DNA of 64,000 nucleotides from Clostridia bacterium (GTDB lineage Bacteria; Bacillota; Clostridia; Oscillospirales; CAG-272): NCBI GenBank assembly GCA_017481495.1, contig JAFUPC010000011.1, positions 58,711 to 122,710 of the forward strand, read 5' to 3'. Shown piece by piece: positions 55,796 to 64,000 of this stretch (position 1 is its first letter; each line of letters starts with the position of its first letter). The notes under the pieces were generated by a model. It saw only the letters and a program-made list of their open reading frames with translations, ran no database searches and was not told where the DNA came from. The position numbers and the translations under genes were made by a program.

Positions 55796-55835
55796 TGGGA
55801 TGGGGTAACGGTTAAACCATTTCTTCGGTAAGAAA

Positions 55836-55895
55836 AAGAGCGAGAGGGTTCGCCCAAGGGGAAGGTTGGTCGTGCGCACCTTCTCGCCCGTTTTC
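55836..55895. repeat. Family-A repeat, copy 9 (central-module dimer fragment)
   Basis: GAGGGTTCGCCCAAGGGGAAGGTTGGTCGTGCGCACCTTCTCGCCC. It shares GGTTCGCCCAAGGGGAAGGTT exactly with the copy at 20825. Confidence 0.55.
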
Positions 55896-55911
55896 TCACA
55901 AAATAAAAATC

Positions 55912-55958
55912 AAAAAAAAGGATTTATGCCGCCAATCGCAAAGCATAAATCCTTTTTC
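55912..55958. terminator. Bidirectional terminator between murC and the SBP gene
   Basis: AGGATTTATGC (55919-55929) / GCATAAATCCT (55943-55953), flanked by an A8 run and a T5 run. Confidence 0.7.
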
Positions 55959-55981
55959 CTTATCCTTATTGAACCTTTACC

Positions 55982-57457
55982 TTACCCCTGTTCCGCCGTA
56001 TCCGCATACGTCTCAAACAGCTTCTCCAGCTGTGCCTGAAACGCTTTCTGCCGCTTTTCATACGCAGAAGAAATATTCGCGTTCTTGCCAGCCACCTGGT
56101 CAAAGAAATACATGATGATCGACCCGGTCGCGGCTTCGTTGACGAACGTGAAGTCGAAGCGGAGGTTGTCGATGATCAGATCGAGCATTTCCTGCGTGTC
56201 TTCATCGCGGCTGAACTTTTCTTTCATGTTGATCTCAAAATACGCATCCTTGACGTGATAATAGGATTCCGCATTGAGCGCTTCCAGAATGACCGCGGAC
56301 TTTTCGGGGTTCGATGCCGATTTCGGGATGGCGATGTAGTAGGTGCCGTAGTTGTAGGAGACGTAGTCTTCCTGATTTTCGTCGCGCAGGGGATAGGGAA
56401 CGATGCCGTAGTCGGTGTCCATGTCGCGCAGACCGGTCGTGATGCCCAACCCTTGGCTGAGGAACAGGAGACGGTTGTTCAAAAACGCCGTGTAGGCGGG
56501 GGAAGCATCGGTAGAGTACAGCACGCCCGTGTTGTTCCAGAGAAAATCATAGATCGTGTCGTAAAGCTGCACGAAATCTTCGTTCCAGAATTCATAGGCA
56601 TAACCGCCGTCCGCCTGCTGTGTGGAGGTGATCCAGCCGGACGAGGGGAACAGCGCGCGCCCGGACTGCAGGTCGTAGTACATTCCGTACCGGTCGTCGG
56701 ACATATCGTAAACGCCGTCACCGTTCAGATCTGTCGATGCTTCCGCACACAGCTCGGACAGTTTTTCGAGTGTCCACTTGCGGGAGCGGACGAGGTCATA
56801 AGGGGATTCCAGGTCGAGTTCGTTGAGAAGCGACTGGGAGAAGAAGACCGCTTCGGTGTTGGAGTAGATGTTGATGCACATCGCGCCGACGGCGGAATAC
56901 ATCTGACCGTAGATCTCCGCGTTGTCGTTCCAGCCGGACGTCCACCAGGGCTGCTCAAAGTCCATGATCTCGTCGTAGTCGAGCAGATTCAGAAAATAGC
57001 CGCCGGTCTCCACGCCCCACCAGTAGTCGGGGAAAACCGCGTCATACGCGCCGTCGTTTGCCATGACGGAAGAGCTGATCTGCTTGTGCCACGTCGCGCC
57101 GTCGTCCGCAAGACCCTGATAGGTGATCTCCACGTTGAAGCGCTCCATGATTTTCCGGTTACGGTCATAGACGGAATCGTTGTAGACCTCGCCGATGGCT
57201 TCTTCCACGATCAGCTCCGGCTTGCAGGTGTCGCGGATGAGCATATTGAATGTCTCGCCGCCGAAGTCGTAGTCATCGCCGAGGCTGTCAAGAAATGCGG
57301 GCATGGTCTCCGCTTCTGTCTGGGGGGTGGTGTCGACAGCACCGGCTGTACCGGTGGTGTCCGTTTTCGTGTCGTCAGCCGAGCCGCAGGAGGTGGATGC
57401 AAGAAGCCCTGCCGCGAGCAGACAGACCAGTGCCGTGATACGGGATGGGTGTTTCAT
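55982..57457 (-). CDS. ABC-transporter extracellular solute-binding lipoprotein (large family-1 sugar-binding type)
   Basis: 491 aa. Lipobox signal MKHPSRITALVCLLAAGLLASTSC-GS. The Trp/Tyr/Asp-rich mature domain is typical of carbohydrate SBPs. No permease or ATPase genes are adjacent. Confidence 0.75.
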   Translation of the reverse strand: MKHPSRITALVCLLAAGLLASTSCGSADDTKTDTTGTAGAVDTTPQTEAETMPAFLDSLGDDYDFGGETFNMLIRDTCKPELIVEEAIGEVYNDSVYDRNRKIMERFNVEITYQGLADDGATWHKQISSSVMANDGAYDAVFPDYWWGVETGGYFLNLLDYDEIMDFEQPWWTSGWNDNAEIYGQMYSAVGAMCINIYSNTEAVFFSQSLLNELDLESPYDLVRSRKWTLEKLSELCAEASTDLNGDGVYDMSDDRYGMYYDLQSGRALFPSSGWITSTQQADGGYAYEFWNEDFVQLYDTIYDFLWNNTGVLYSTDASPAYTAFLNNRLLFLSQGLGITTGLRDMDTDYGIVPYPLRDENQEDYVSYNYGTYYIAIPKSASNPEKSAVILEALNAESYYHVKDAYFEINMKEKFSRDEDTQEMLDLIIDNLRFDFTFVNEAATGSIIMYFFDQVAGKNANISSAYEKRQKAFQAQLEKLFETYADTAEQG

Positions 57458-57474
57458 TGTGAGGTGCTCCTTTT

Positions 57475-58086
57475 TTATTTGTCGTTTTCTGTAATTGTGA
57501 TGATATTTTCATAAATTTCTTTATGGTCGCGGTAAGAAATTTCGATGCTGTATACGCCGGGTTCGGGACAGGCGGCGGAGATGAGCGTGCTTCGGGTCTC
57601 GTTTTCGGAGACGGTATGCTCCCCGATGTCGCAGGTGGCTTCCGTCAGCTGGGTCGAGGTGGTCACGTTGCCGCTTTCATCGGTCGTGAACAGATAAGCG
57701 TAGGCATTGTAATCGGAGGTCGCACCGGTATAGGTAAATGCGGGACCGTTGTTGCACAGCGACACCCGGAGCGGGACGTATGTGCCGACGGGATAGGTGC
57801 TTTTTTCAATGTCAACGGTAAACAGGAACGGCGCATCGCTGTCCGCGGGAGAAGCAAGATGCACGCCGGGGTCGGAATCGGTTTCCTCTGCGGAATCCGC
57901 TTTTACCGAATGCGCCGCCGTGTCGGCAAGCTCTGCAGTTTCATATCCTGCGGCGGTGCTTTCCGTACCCGTACCGTCACCGGCGCCCGGAATCCCCGAC
58001 GCCGCCCCGCACCCGCAGACAAGAATGCACACGGTCAAAACCGAAACCGTCCGGAGCAAACGGCAGAAACGGGAGGAGAGGTTCAT
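57475..58086 (-). CDS. Hypothetical lipoprotein
   Basis: Start MNLSSRFCRLL at 58086. Lipobox VCILVCGC-GAAS. Beta-rich C-terminal domain. No family recognised. Confidence 0.6.
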   Translation of the reverse strand: MNLSSRFCRLLRTVSVLTVCILVCGCGAASGIPGAGDGTGTESTAAGYETAELADTAAHSVKADSAEETDSDPGVHLASPADSDAPFLFTVDIEKSTYPVGTYVPLRVSLCNNGPAFTYTGATSDYNAYAYLFTTDESGNVTTSTQLTEATCDIGEHTVSENETRSTLISAACPEPGVYSIEISYRDHKEIYENIITITENDK

Positions 58087-58152
58087 TGTGAGGTGCTCCT
58101 TTTTTGATAGGATATGGTAGGATATGGAATTGTCGGGGGGTGCTGTCAACTG

Positions 58153-58254
58153 AAAGGCGACGATGAGCGGTTATGACAGAAAGACGGGCGTACCGTCGGC
58201 GTTTCGTTGTTTTTCCTTGCAAAAACGCCATCGTCGCCTTTATGTCTCCAACAC
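58153..58254. repeat. Family-B hairpin repeat, copy 3
   Basis: GGCGACGATG (58156-58165) / CATCGTCGCC (58239-58248) enclosing the shared interior, with an internal GACGG-gcgta-CCGTC hairpin. Confidence 0.6.
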
Positions 58255-58264
58255 AACAAACCAA

Positions 58265-59143
58265 TCAGATCCTCATCCCATCCTGCGCCACGATGACGTT
58301 GGCGGGCGCGTGGATGTTCATATACTGCTGATATTCCGCGTGGGAGAAATGCTGAACCTGATTGATGTGCGTTAAAAATACGCGTGTGTGGTCGTCAAGC
58401 GCACCGATGCGGCGCAGGTCGGAGAATTGCCGGCAGAGCTGATACGCATCCATGTGACCGGAGTTTTCCGGCAGGGCGCGGGAGCCGAACGTCCCCTCAA
58501 AGATCATCGTGTCAAGCGCACCGCGTTTGTCCGCCCAATCCGCAAGGAACGCAAGATTTTCTTCCCCGTAAAGGCTGGTGTCTGCGGCATACAGCCACGT
58601 TCCGCGTGCAAAGCGGACGATGTAGTTCTGCGCGGTCTCCCCCGCGCCGTATCCGTGGTGGATGGTCTTGATTGGCGTGACAAGCTTGCCGCCGATCTCA
58701 TACGTCTCATAAGGGTCAACGGCGTGGAACGAGATCTTTTCTTTTGCGATCAGACCCGCGAGCATATTTCCGAATGTGCCGCCGGTCGGTTTCTGCTGTT
58801 CGATGATTGTATTCACCCACCCGAGTCCCGCCGCGGAAAGGTGGAAGCGGATGGGATGTGTCATGTTCGTCATCGTCAAAATGGAAAAGGTCGCGGCGTT
58901 GAAGTGGTCGTCGTGCGTGTGCGTGATGAGAACGTCTTCGACTTTATCGAGCGGCGCACCGTAATGCTGGGATGCCGCGCACACGTCCGGCCCGAAGTCG
59001 ATCATCATGGTTTCATCAAGAAGCAGGGACGCCCGCAGACGGGTCTCCTGATTCCGGCGCGCTCTCTGGCACGTTTCACACCCGCAGAACGGGTTCGGAT
59101 ACATCTCGGCAGCACCGGTGCCGAGGAAAACGGATTCGGTCAT
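58265..59143 (-). CDS. MBL-fold metallo-hydrolase, PhnP-like (N-terminal Cys cluster)
   Basis: Start MTESVFLGTGAAE at 59143. CGCETCQRARRN Cys motif and ITHTHDDH metal-binding motif. The ORF-track N-terminus runs through a repeat. Confidence 0.8.
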   Translation of the reverse strand: MTESVFLGTGAAEMYPNPFCGCETCQRARRNQETRLRASLLLDETMMIDFGPDVCAASQHYGAPLDKVEDVLITHTHDDHFNAATFSILTMTNMTHPIRFHLSAAGLGWVNTIIEQQKPTGGTFGNMLAGLIAKEKISFHAVDPYETYEIGGKLVTPIKTIHHGYGAGETAQNYIVRFARGTWLYAADTSLYGEENLAFLADWADKRGALDTMIFEGTFGSRALPENSGHMDAYQLCRQFSDLRRIGALDDHTRVFLTHINQVQHFSHAEYQQYMNIHAPANVIVAQDGMRI

Positions 59144-59196
59144 GGTTGTGGTCCTTTCTTTTGGGGGGATATTGACAGTGTGATGCGTTTTTCTGT

Positions 59197-59326
59197 GTCT
59201 GTAGTACGTTGTTTCGGCGAAATTTTTACATTGGCAAGAGCACAGACTGAAAGGTTTCTCGTGCGAAGCGTTCAGTCTGCATCCTTGCAATAGTAAAGTT
59301 TTCGCTGAAGCAATGTACTATAGACG
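59197..59326. repeat. Family-A repeat, copy 10 (most complete inverted dimer, about 130 bp)
   Basis: GTCTGTAGTACGTTGTTTCGGCGAAATTTTTACATTGGCAAGAGCACAGACTGAA..TTCAGTCTGCATCCTTGCAATAGTAAAGTTTTCGCTGAAGCAATGTACTATAGAC. The arms form an extended imperfect palindrome. Confidence 0.75.
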
Positions 59327-59376
59327 TAATGAAGACGCTTCTTCAAACAATGACGACAACACTCCCGCCAACACCC

Positions 59377-60237
59377 TTAAACAATCGTAATCTCCCGTGC
59401 ATACCCCGCATATCCCGCGTGCGTGCAGATCTGCATCACGCCATTGGACAGCGGTTCTTCAAAGTTCAGATGCACGTGTCCCGCGATGACACCTTTGATC
59501 ATCGGCTCGGAGAGAATATAGTCCATCATCTCGAGTGTCGCGCGGTCGGGATTCTGTTGAAGCCGGCGGTCGTTGGGATACTTTGTGTACATTTCCCGCG
59601 GAACGCCGACAAGATAGGCGCAGGGATTCTTTTCAAGAATTTTTTCGGCAAGAAGCGGCGTGTAAAGCGGAACGTGCATACAGAGGAGAATCGGATACCC
59701 CTTTGCCGCTTCGGCGCGGAGCATTTCCTCCTGCCCTTTGGAAAAGAGATAATACCCGTCGTCCAGCGTTACAATGTTCAAGCCCCCCACAATGCGGCTG
59801 TCAAAATAGAGGTTCTGCTTTACGTGCGGCTGAACCAGGCGCAGATTTTCCCACTTGTACGGATAATCCTCAATCGCGCGGCCGACAAAGTGGCAGAAAT
59901 CGTGGTTTCCGGCGGCATAAATGGAGTCAACGGACGAAAGCGTTTGCTCCATATATGCAAAATTCGCCTCCGAGAGGAAGTCGTAGAGGTCGCCTGTGTG
60001 AAGAAGCGGGATGTTCTCTTTTTTGGCATATTCCAGTGCCTGCGTGAGATACGACTCCACCTGTTCCTCCCCGCCGAACGCATTTCCGCGGGAGAGGGCA
60101 TGACCGGGCAGTTCCGGGTCGCGCGCGGCATCCGAATCGTTTGCAAGACAGATGTGCGAGTCTGTCACATGGAGAAGCCGGACGGGCGCGTCAAGTCCGA
60201 CGTTCAGGGTGGTTTTCAGGATGTTGAGTTCTTTCAT
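59377..60237 (-). CDS. Calcineurin-like metallophosphoesterase
   Basis: 286 aa. Motifs LLHVTDSH, HTGDLYD, AGNHDF, and GHVH near the C-terminus. Confidence 0.85.
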   Translation of the reverse strand: MKELNILKTTLNVGLDAPVRLLHVTDSHICLANDSDAARDPELPGHALSRGNAFGGEEQVESYLTQALEYAKKENIPLLHTGDLYDFLSEANFAYMEQTLSSVDSIYAAGNHDFCHFVGRAIEDYPYKWENLRLVQPHVKQNLYFDSRIVGGLNIVTLDDGYYLFSKGQEEMLRAEAAKGYPILLCMHVPLYTPLLAEKILEKNPCAYLVGVPREMYTKYPNDRRLQQNPDRATLEMMDYILSEPMIKGVIAGHVHLNFEEPLSNGVMQICTHAGYAGYAREITIV

Positions 60238-60250
60238 GGTATTCTTTTCC

Positions 60251-61081
60251 TTAAATTTCCAGAATCATGCCGTCATAGGAGACACGGAATCCCCGCTCAG
60301 CTGCGAGCGGAACGAAATCGTCATAAACAACGGAAATGCCGTTGTGCGAGAAGTGGTTGCAGACGAAAACCGTCTTCTCATCCGCATAACCCTCCGAGAG
60401 CATCTTTTCGCGTACCTGCACGTTCTCCGCAAGTCCCATGTGTCCGACATAGGTCAGCGGCAGGCAGGCGTTGGTGCAGTCCAGCGACACCATGTCAAAA
60501 TGCACCCGGTGTTCCTTAAAATATGCCCACACGTCGTCGTGGAAGAAGTGCGTGTCGTGTGCGTAAAGCACCGTTTTCTCCCCGTCGGAGATCATGTAGA
60601 ACACCGGCCCCGCGTTCGGGTCGTGAATGGAGGGCAGGGCGGTAATTGTGTATTTTCCCGCGGAAAAGGTCTCAAACGGCTTGATCTCGGTGAAGTGCGC
60701 AAGACCCTGCTTTTCGAGATTGCCCATGACGGGTGCGACCTTTTCGCCCACCTTGTCCGTGCCAAAGACCGAGAGATGATACCCGTCCTGCACATGGGAA
60801 AAGCCGGGCGCGAGCATCGAAAAGTCGGTCGGGTAAAGATGGTCGGAATGGTTGTGCGTGATGATGCACGTCTCAACATTTGTCAGGTCGAGCCGGTTGT
60901 CGAGAAAATGCTTGTAGGTGTCCGAGGGGAAGTCGATGAGCAGCGTGTCGTCGATGAGCGCCTGTGAACGTGTCCGGAGCGCACGCCCGCCAAGCTCGCG
61001 GGAACGGCGGCAGTTGTCACAGCGGCACCACAGCGCAGGAATGCCCTCCGCCGCACAGGTGCCGAGAAAACGGAATTTCAT
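60251..61081 (-). CDS. MBL-fold metallo-hydrolase, PhnP-like (second paralog)
   Basis: 276 aa. FLGTCAAEGIPALWCRCDNCRRSRE Cys motif and ITHNHSDH. Confidence 0.8.
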   Translation of the reverse strand: MKFRFLGTCAAEGIPALWCRCDNCRRSRELGGRALRTRSQALIDDTLLIDFPSDTYKHFLDNRLDLTNVETCIITHNHSDHLYPTDFSMLAPGFSHVQDGYHLSVFGTDKVGEKVAPVMGNLEKQGLAHFTEIKPFETFSAGKYTITALPSIHDPNAGPVFYMISDGEKTVLYAHDTHFFHDDVWAYFKEHRVHFDMVSLDCTNACLPLTYVGHMGLAENVQVREKMLSEGYADEKTVFVCNHFSHNGISVVYDDFVPLAAERGFRVSYDGMILEI

Positions 61082-61154
61082 GATGGTTTGATCCTTTCTG
61101 GTTTTGGGATTATATATGGATAGAAAATTTTTTAAGGTTGGTGGGGGGAGTATT

Positions 61155-61220
61155 TACAAGGAGGATAAGAGAACGGTTCGCACGGGAAGCCCCATGCCAA
61201 GCAAAGCTTGGCTTTCGGAA
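61155..61220. repeat. Family-A repeat, copy 11 (divergent)
   Basis: ..GAGAACGGTTCGCACGGGAAGCCCC.. followed by the hairpin GCCAAGC-aaa-GCTTGGC. Confidence 0.45.
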
Positions 61221-61352
61221 CTGGGGCTTCTCCCCGTCATCCTCTCCCCCATTTGTATTATAGCACAATTCCATCCCCTTGTCAAGTAGGAAGCCCCCGA
61301 AAACGCGCAAGGTCTCCCCGCCGTATCCGGAAAGGGAGACTTTCATCATGTG

Positions 61353-62900
61353 TTATTCGTCTTCGTCCGAAAGAAGGATCTTCGCCGCCGCTCCTGCGGC
61401 CAGAATCACGATCGCGGATGCGACAGCGACCGTAGCCATTGCCGCCGCGCGGGCTTTCCGCCGGAAGATGACGGCGGGGGATGCGGGATCTTGGGGCTCC
61501 GGGAACTTCGGTGCTTTTTTACCTTCCACAGAGTTGGGGAAAACCGCCGTCGTCAGGTCGTCATGAAGGTTCATGCGGCCGAACTGGGCGCCCGATGCGG
61601 TGTAGGCGCGGTAATAGCTTTGGTAATAATTGCCGTCGCCCGTCTCAAACAGCTTCCGCAGGGAAATATCCAGCGGCTGTTCTTCCGTGATGTCCTCTGA
61701 AACGCAGAACGGCTCTTTTGCCGTAATGTATTCGTCCGCAATGGTAGAGAAAATGTAGCCGTTGTTGTCAAAATCGTCCCCCTCGTACCAGTTGGCGACG
61801 TACAGCATGGTCGCGTTGTGGCGGTAGGAGGTGACACCCTGCTCAATGTAGTCCTCGGCAGTGCAGGTGCCGTTCCGAATCATATAGTGCCCGTCGATCT
61901 CGTTGCCGATCTCCTTGCCGGAACCGGCAAACGCACTTGCGATATAGTCCATCGAATAGGCGTGGTCAAACTTCGGCGCATCGTCCACGACCACAAGGTC
62001 GGCGGAAGCGGACAGTTCGCGGAAGCCGTAGGTGCATCTGCGCACGGAAGCCCCGTCCCAGACACATCCGAACTGCACCGCAAAGAGCGTATCGGGCGCA
62101 ACGTTTTTATGCGCTTCTCCCAGCCGGTCAATGAACGCTTTCAAGACCCGATGGCGGCACTGGTAAAAGAGAATGCCCAAGGTCCCGCGGTCGGAGGACG
62201 GCGGCATGGGAACGTCTTCAAAGGATTCATAGGACGTACCGAGGTCAAGGTTCAGGTCTTTGATTTTGCGGTAGGTCTTTTCCAGATACGTCGTGAACGC
62301 GCGGCGCATATGGTCGGAATAATCGAAATCGTCTGCGCACCAGTATTCCGTTTCGCAATACGGCGTAAACGTCGGGAACGCGGCGTAAATGGTATCGCCG
62401 AATTTCTCCGCAAAATGCCGCACCGTGTCGCGGTAGAAGCGGACGGCGCAGTCCGTTCCCCGGCGGCTCGCGTAGGAAATCATGACCATTTCCAGCCCGC
62501 AGTTGTGAACATATGGCTCGTCTTTGCCAAAGGGATACTGGAATTCATCGGTGTTCATGACAAGATCGCACGGCGTTTTCTGCCCGTCCAGCATATGGGA
62601 TCGCCGCTGCAAATCCACGGTCAGAATGACGTCCAGACCCTTTTCTTTGATATAGGCGATCTGCTCGTCGTAAACGCGGAAATCGTAGCGCAGGGGCTGT
62701 TTTTCCACATTGTGCCACGCCAGATGCAGACGGACAGTTGTGAATCCCTTCGCCGCGGCGGAATCCACGGTTCGACGGAAGGTATCAGTTTCCATCGGGA
62801 AAAAGTTCCAGATGACAAACGCCATGCGGCGGGTCTTCTGGGATGCGGAATGCACGGTGTCGTCCGCGGGGGTGGTGGAGTGGGGTTTGATGGTCAGCAT
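61353..62900 (-). CDS. TIM-barrel glycoside-hydrolase-like protein (GH42/GH5-like N-terminus) with a C-terminal TM anchor
   Basis: 515-aa ORF. GFTTVRLHLAWHNVEKQPLRYDFRVYDEQIAYIKEKGLDVIL resembles the GH42 N-terminal strand pattern. Candidate NE motif at IGNEIDG. C-terminal hydrophobic AAAMATVAVASAIVILAAGAAA. An alternative start at 62825 (MAFVIWNFF) is possible. Assignment is tentative. Confidence 0.5.
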   Translation of the reverse strand: MLTIKPHSTTPADDTVHSASQKTRRMAFVIWNFFPMETDTFRRTVDSAAAKGFTTVRLHLAWHNVEKQPLRYDFRVYDEQIAYIKEKGLDVILTVDLQRRSHMLDGQKTPCDLVMNTDEFQYPFGKDEPYVHNCGLEMVMISYASRRGTDCAVRFYRDTVRHFAEKFGDTIYAAFPTFTPYCETEYWCADDFDYSDHMRRAFTTYLEKTYRKIKDLNLDLGTSYESFEDVPMPPSSDRGTLGILFYQCRHRVLKAFIDRLGEAHKNVAPDTLFAVQFGCVWDGASVRRCTYGFRELSASADLVVVDDAPKFDHAYSMDYIASAFAGSGKEIGNEIDGHYMIRNGTCTAEDYIEQGVTSYRHNATMLYVANWYEGDDFDNNGYIFSTIADEYITAKEPFCVSEDITEEQPLDISLRKLFETGDGNYYQSYYRAYTASGAQFGRMNLHDDLTTAVFPNSVEGKKAPKFPEPQDPASPAVIFRRKARAAAMATVAVASAIVILAAGAAAKILLSDEDE

Positions 62901-62940
62901 GAGGGGGTCTCCTTGGTTGGGGATTGAGATATGGTAGAAA

Positions 62941-63012
62941 TTTGGCTTTGGCGAGAATGCGGGCCGGACGGTTCGCGCGATAAACCTTCTCGCTTACGTC
63001 CTTGCCGAATCA
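62941..63012. repeat. Family-A repeat, copy 12
   Basis: TTTGGCTTTGGCGAGAATGCGGGCCGGACGGTTCGCGCGATAAACCTTCTCGCTTACGTCCTTGCCGAAT, between the mnmG stop and the next gene start. Confidence 0.65.
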
Positions 63013-63017
63013 ATGCT

Positions 63018-64000
63018 TCACTCCCTCGTCTTCAACCAAATGAGCAGAACCGAAATATCCGCCGGGCTGATGCCGGAGATGCGCTGGGCCTGACCGATGC
63101 TTTCGGGGCGAATGGCGGCGAGCTTCTGCGCGGCTTCGATGCGGATGCCTTTGATCTTCGAATAGTCGGTGTCGTGGGGGAGGCGGGTGTTTTCGAGCTT
63201 GCGGAATTTTTCGACCTCCGCCATTTCGCGCGCGATGTAGCCCTCGTACTTAATCTGAATCTGCGCACCGCGCAGAATCGCGCGGGACAGTTCCGGTCGG
63301 GTCACGTCCACGGGGGAAAGACAGTCATAGTCCAGCTGCGGGCGGCGGATGAGGTCACAAAGGCGCGTGCCCGTGGTCGGCGCGGGCGTGCCGCGCTCCA
63401 AGCAGATTGCACTCAGCGTGTCGGAGGGCGGAATGGTCGTCCCCTTGGCGCGTTCCACCTCGTCGTGAATGGCTTGCTGTTTTAGGAGAAACGCTTCGTA
63501 GCGTTCGTCGTTTATGAGACCGATTTCGTGTCCGATGGGAGTCAGGCGCGCATCGGCGTTGTCCTGGCGGAGCAGAAGACGGTACTCGGAGCGGCTTGTC
63601 ATGACACGGTAGGGTTCGTTTGTGCCTTTGGTCACAAGGTCGTCGATGAGCATTCCGATATAAGAGGTGTCGCGGGTCAGAATGACCGGTTCCTCGCCTT
63701 TGATTTTCCGCGCGGCGTTGATGCCGGCGACAAGACCCTGCGCGGCGGCTTCCTCATAACCGGACGTGCCGTTGAACTGTCCCGCGCCATAAAGTCCCGC
63801 AATGTCCTTGAATTCCAGTGTCGGATACAGCTGGGTCGGGTCAATGCAGTCGTACTCGATGGCGTAAGCCGTGCGCATCATCTGCGCGTGTTCCATGCCG
63901 GGCAGGGAAGCGAGCATCTTTTTCTGTACTTCTTCGGGAAGTGAGGAGGAGAAGCCCTGCACATAAATTTCCTCGGTCTCCATGCCCATCGGCTCTAAAA
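63018..64000 (-). CDS. mnmG: tRNA uridine 5-carboxymethylaminomethyl modification enzyme MnmG/GidA, C-terminal part (5' end beyond the window)
   Basis: The ORF is open to the window edge. Conserved [21 protein letters not shown] and C-terminal ..[21 protein letters not shown]. Confidence 0.93.
   Translation of the reverse strand, partial: LEPMGMETEEIYVQGFSSSLPEEVQKKMLASLPGMEHAQMMRTAYAIEYDCIDPTQLYPTLEFKDIAGLYGAGQFNGTSGYEEAAAQGLVAGINAARKIKGEEPVILTRDTSYIGMLIDDLVTKGTNEPYRVMTSRSEYRLLLRQDNADARLTPIGHEIGLINDERYEAFLLKQQAIHDEVERAKGTTIPPSDTLSAICLERGTPAPTTGTRLCDLIRRPQLDYDCLSPVDVTRPELSRAILRGAQIQIKYEGYIAREMAEVEKFRKLENTRLPHDTDYSKIKGIRIEAAQKLAAIRPESIGQAQRISGISPADISVLLIWLKTRE

Overview
This is a GC-rich, Clostridia-type chromosomal window built around the dnaA region. 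Nearly all core genes are on the minus strand. In order they are mnmG (partial), a sugar/phosphoesterase cluster, spoVG, padR-DUF2812, rlmI-like, GDPD, a YhhN-like gene, MATE, pyrR-pyrP, lepA-hemW, rsmG, a noc-like parB paralog, parA, parB, serS, a MORN protein, lexA, dnaA-dnaN-recF-remB-gyrB, a PfkB kinase, gyrA, recA-recX and rimO-pgsA. On the plus strand are murC, nfnAB, the moxR-DUF58-transglutaminase operon, a DUF4143 ATPase and a lipoprotein. A cluster of DnaA boxes (oriC) fills the dnaA-dnaN spacer. I recognised no rRNA, tRNA, CRISPR array, transposase, integrase or phage gene. Two things stand out. (1) Two visibly AT-rich paralogous cassettes bracket the GC-rich nfnAB operon. Each has a near-consensus promoter, a secreted C39/YvpB-like papain-fold cysteine peptidase and one or two membrane-tethered small proteins. 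One cassette also has a 25-codon ORF and a frame-split signal peptide. This looks like an undescribed protease/inhibitor or toxin/immunity module. (2) The intergenic space is packed with modular hairpin-forming repeats. One family occurs 12 times in 64 kb, mostly in one orientation, and several copies sit inside likely operons. There is also no switch in gene orientation at dnaA. All calls come from reading the ORF translations and sequence motifs by eye. No database search, covariance model or GC-skew computation was possible, so family names are motif-level assignments.
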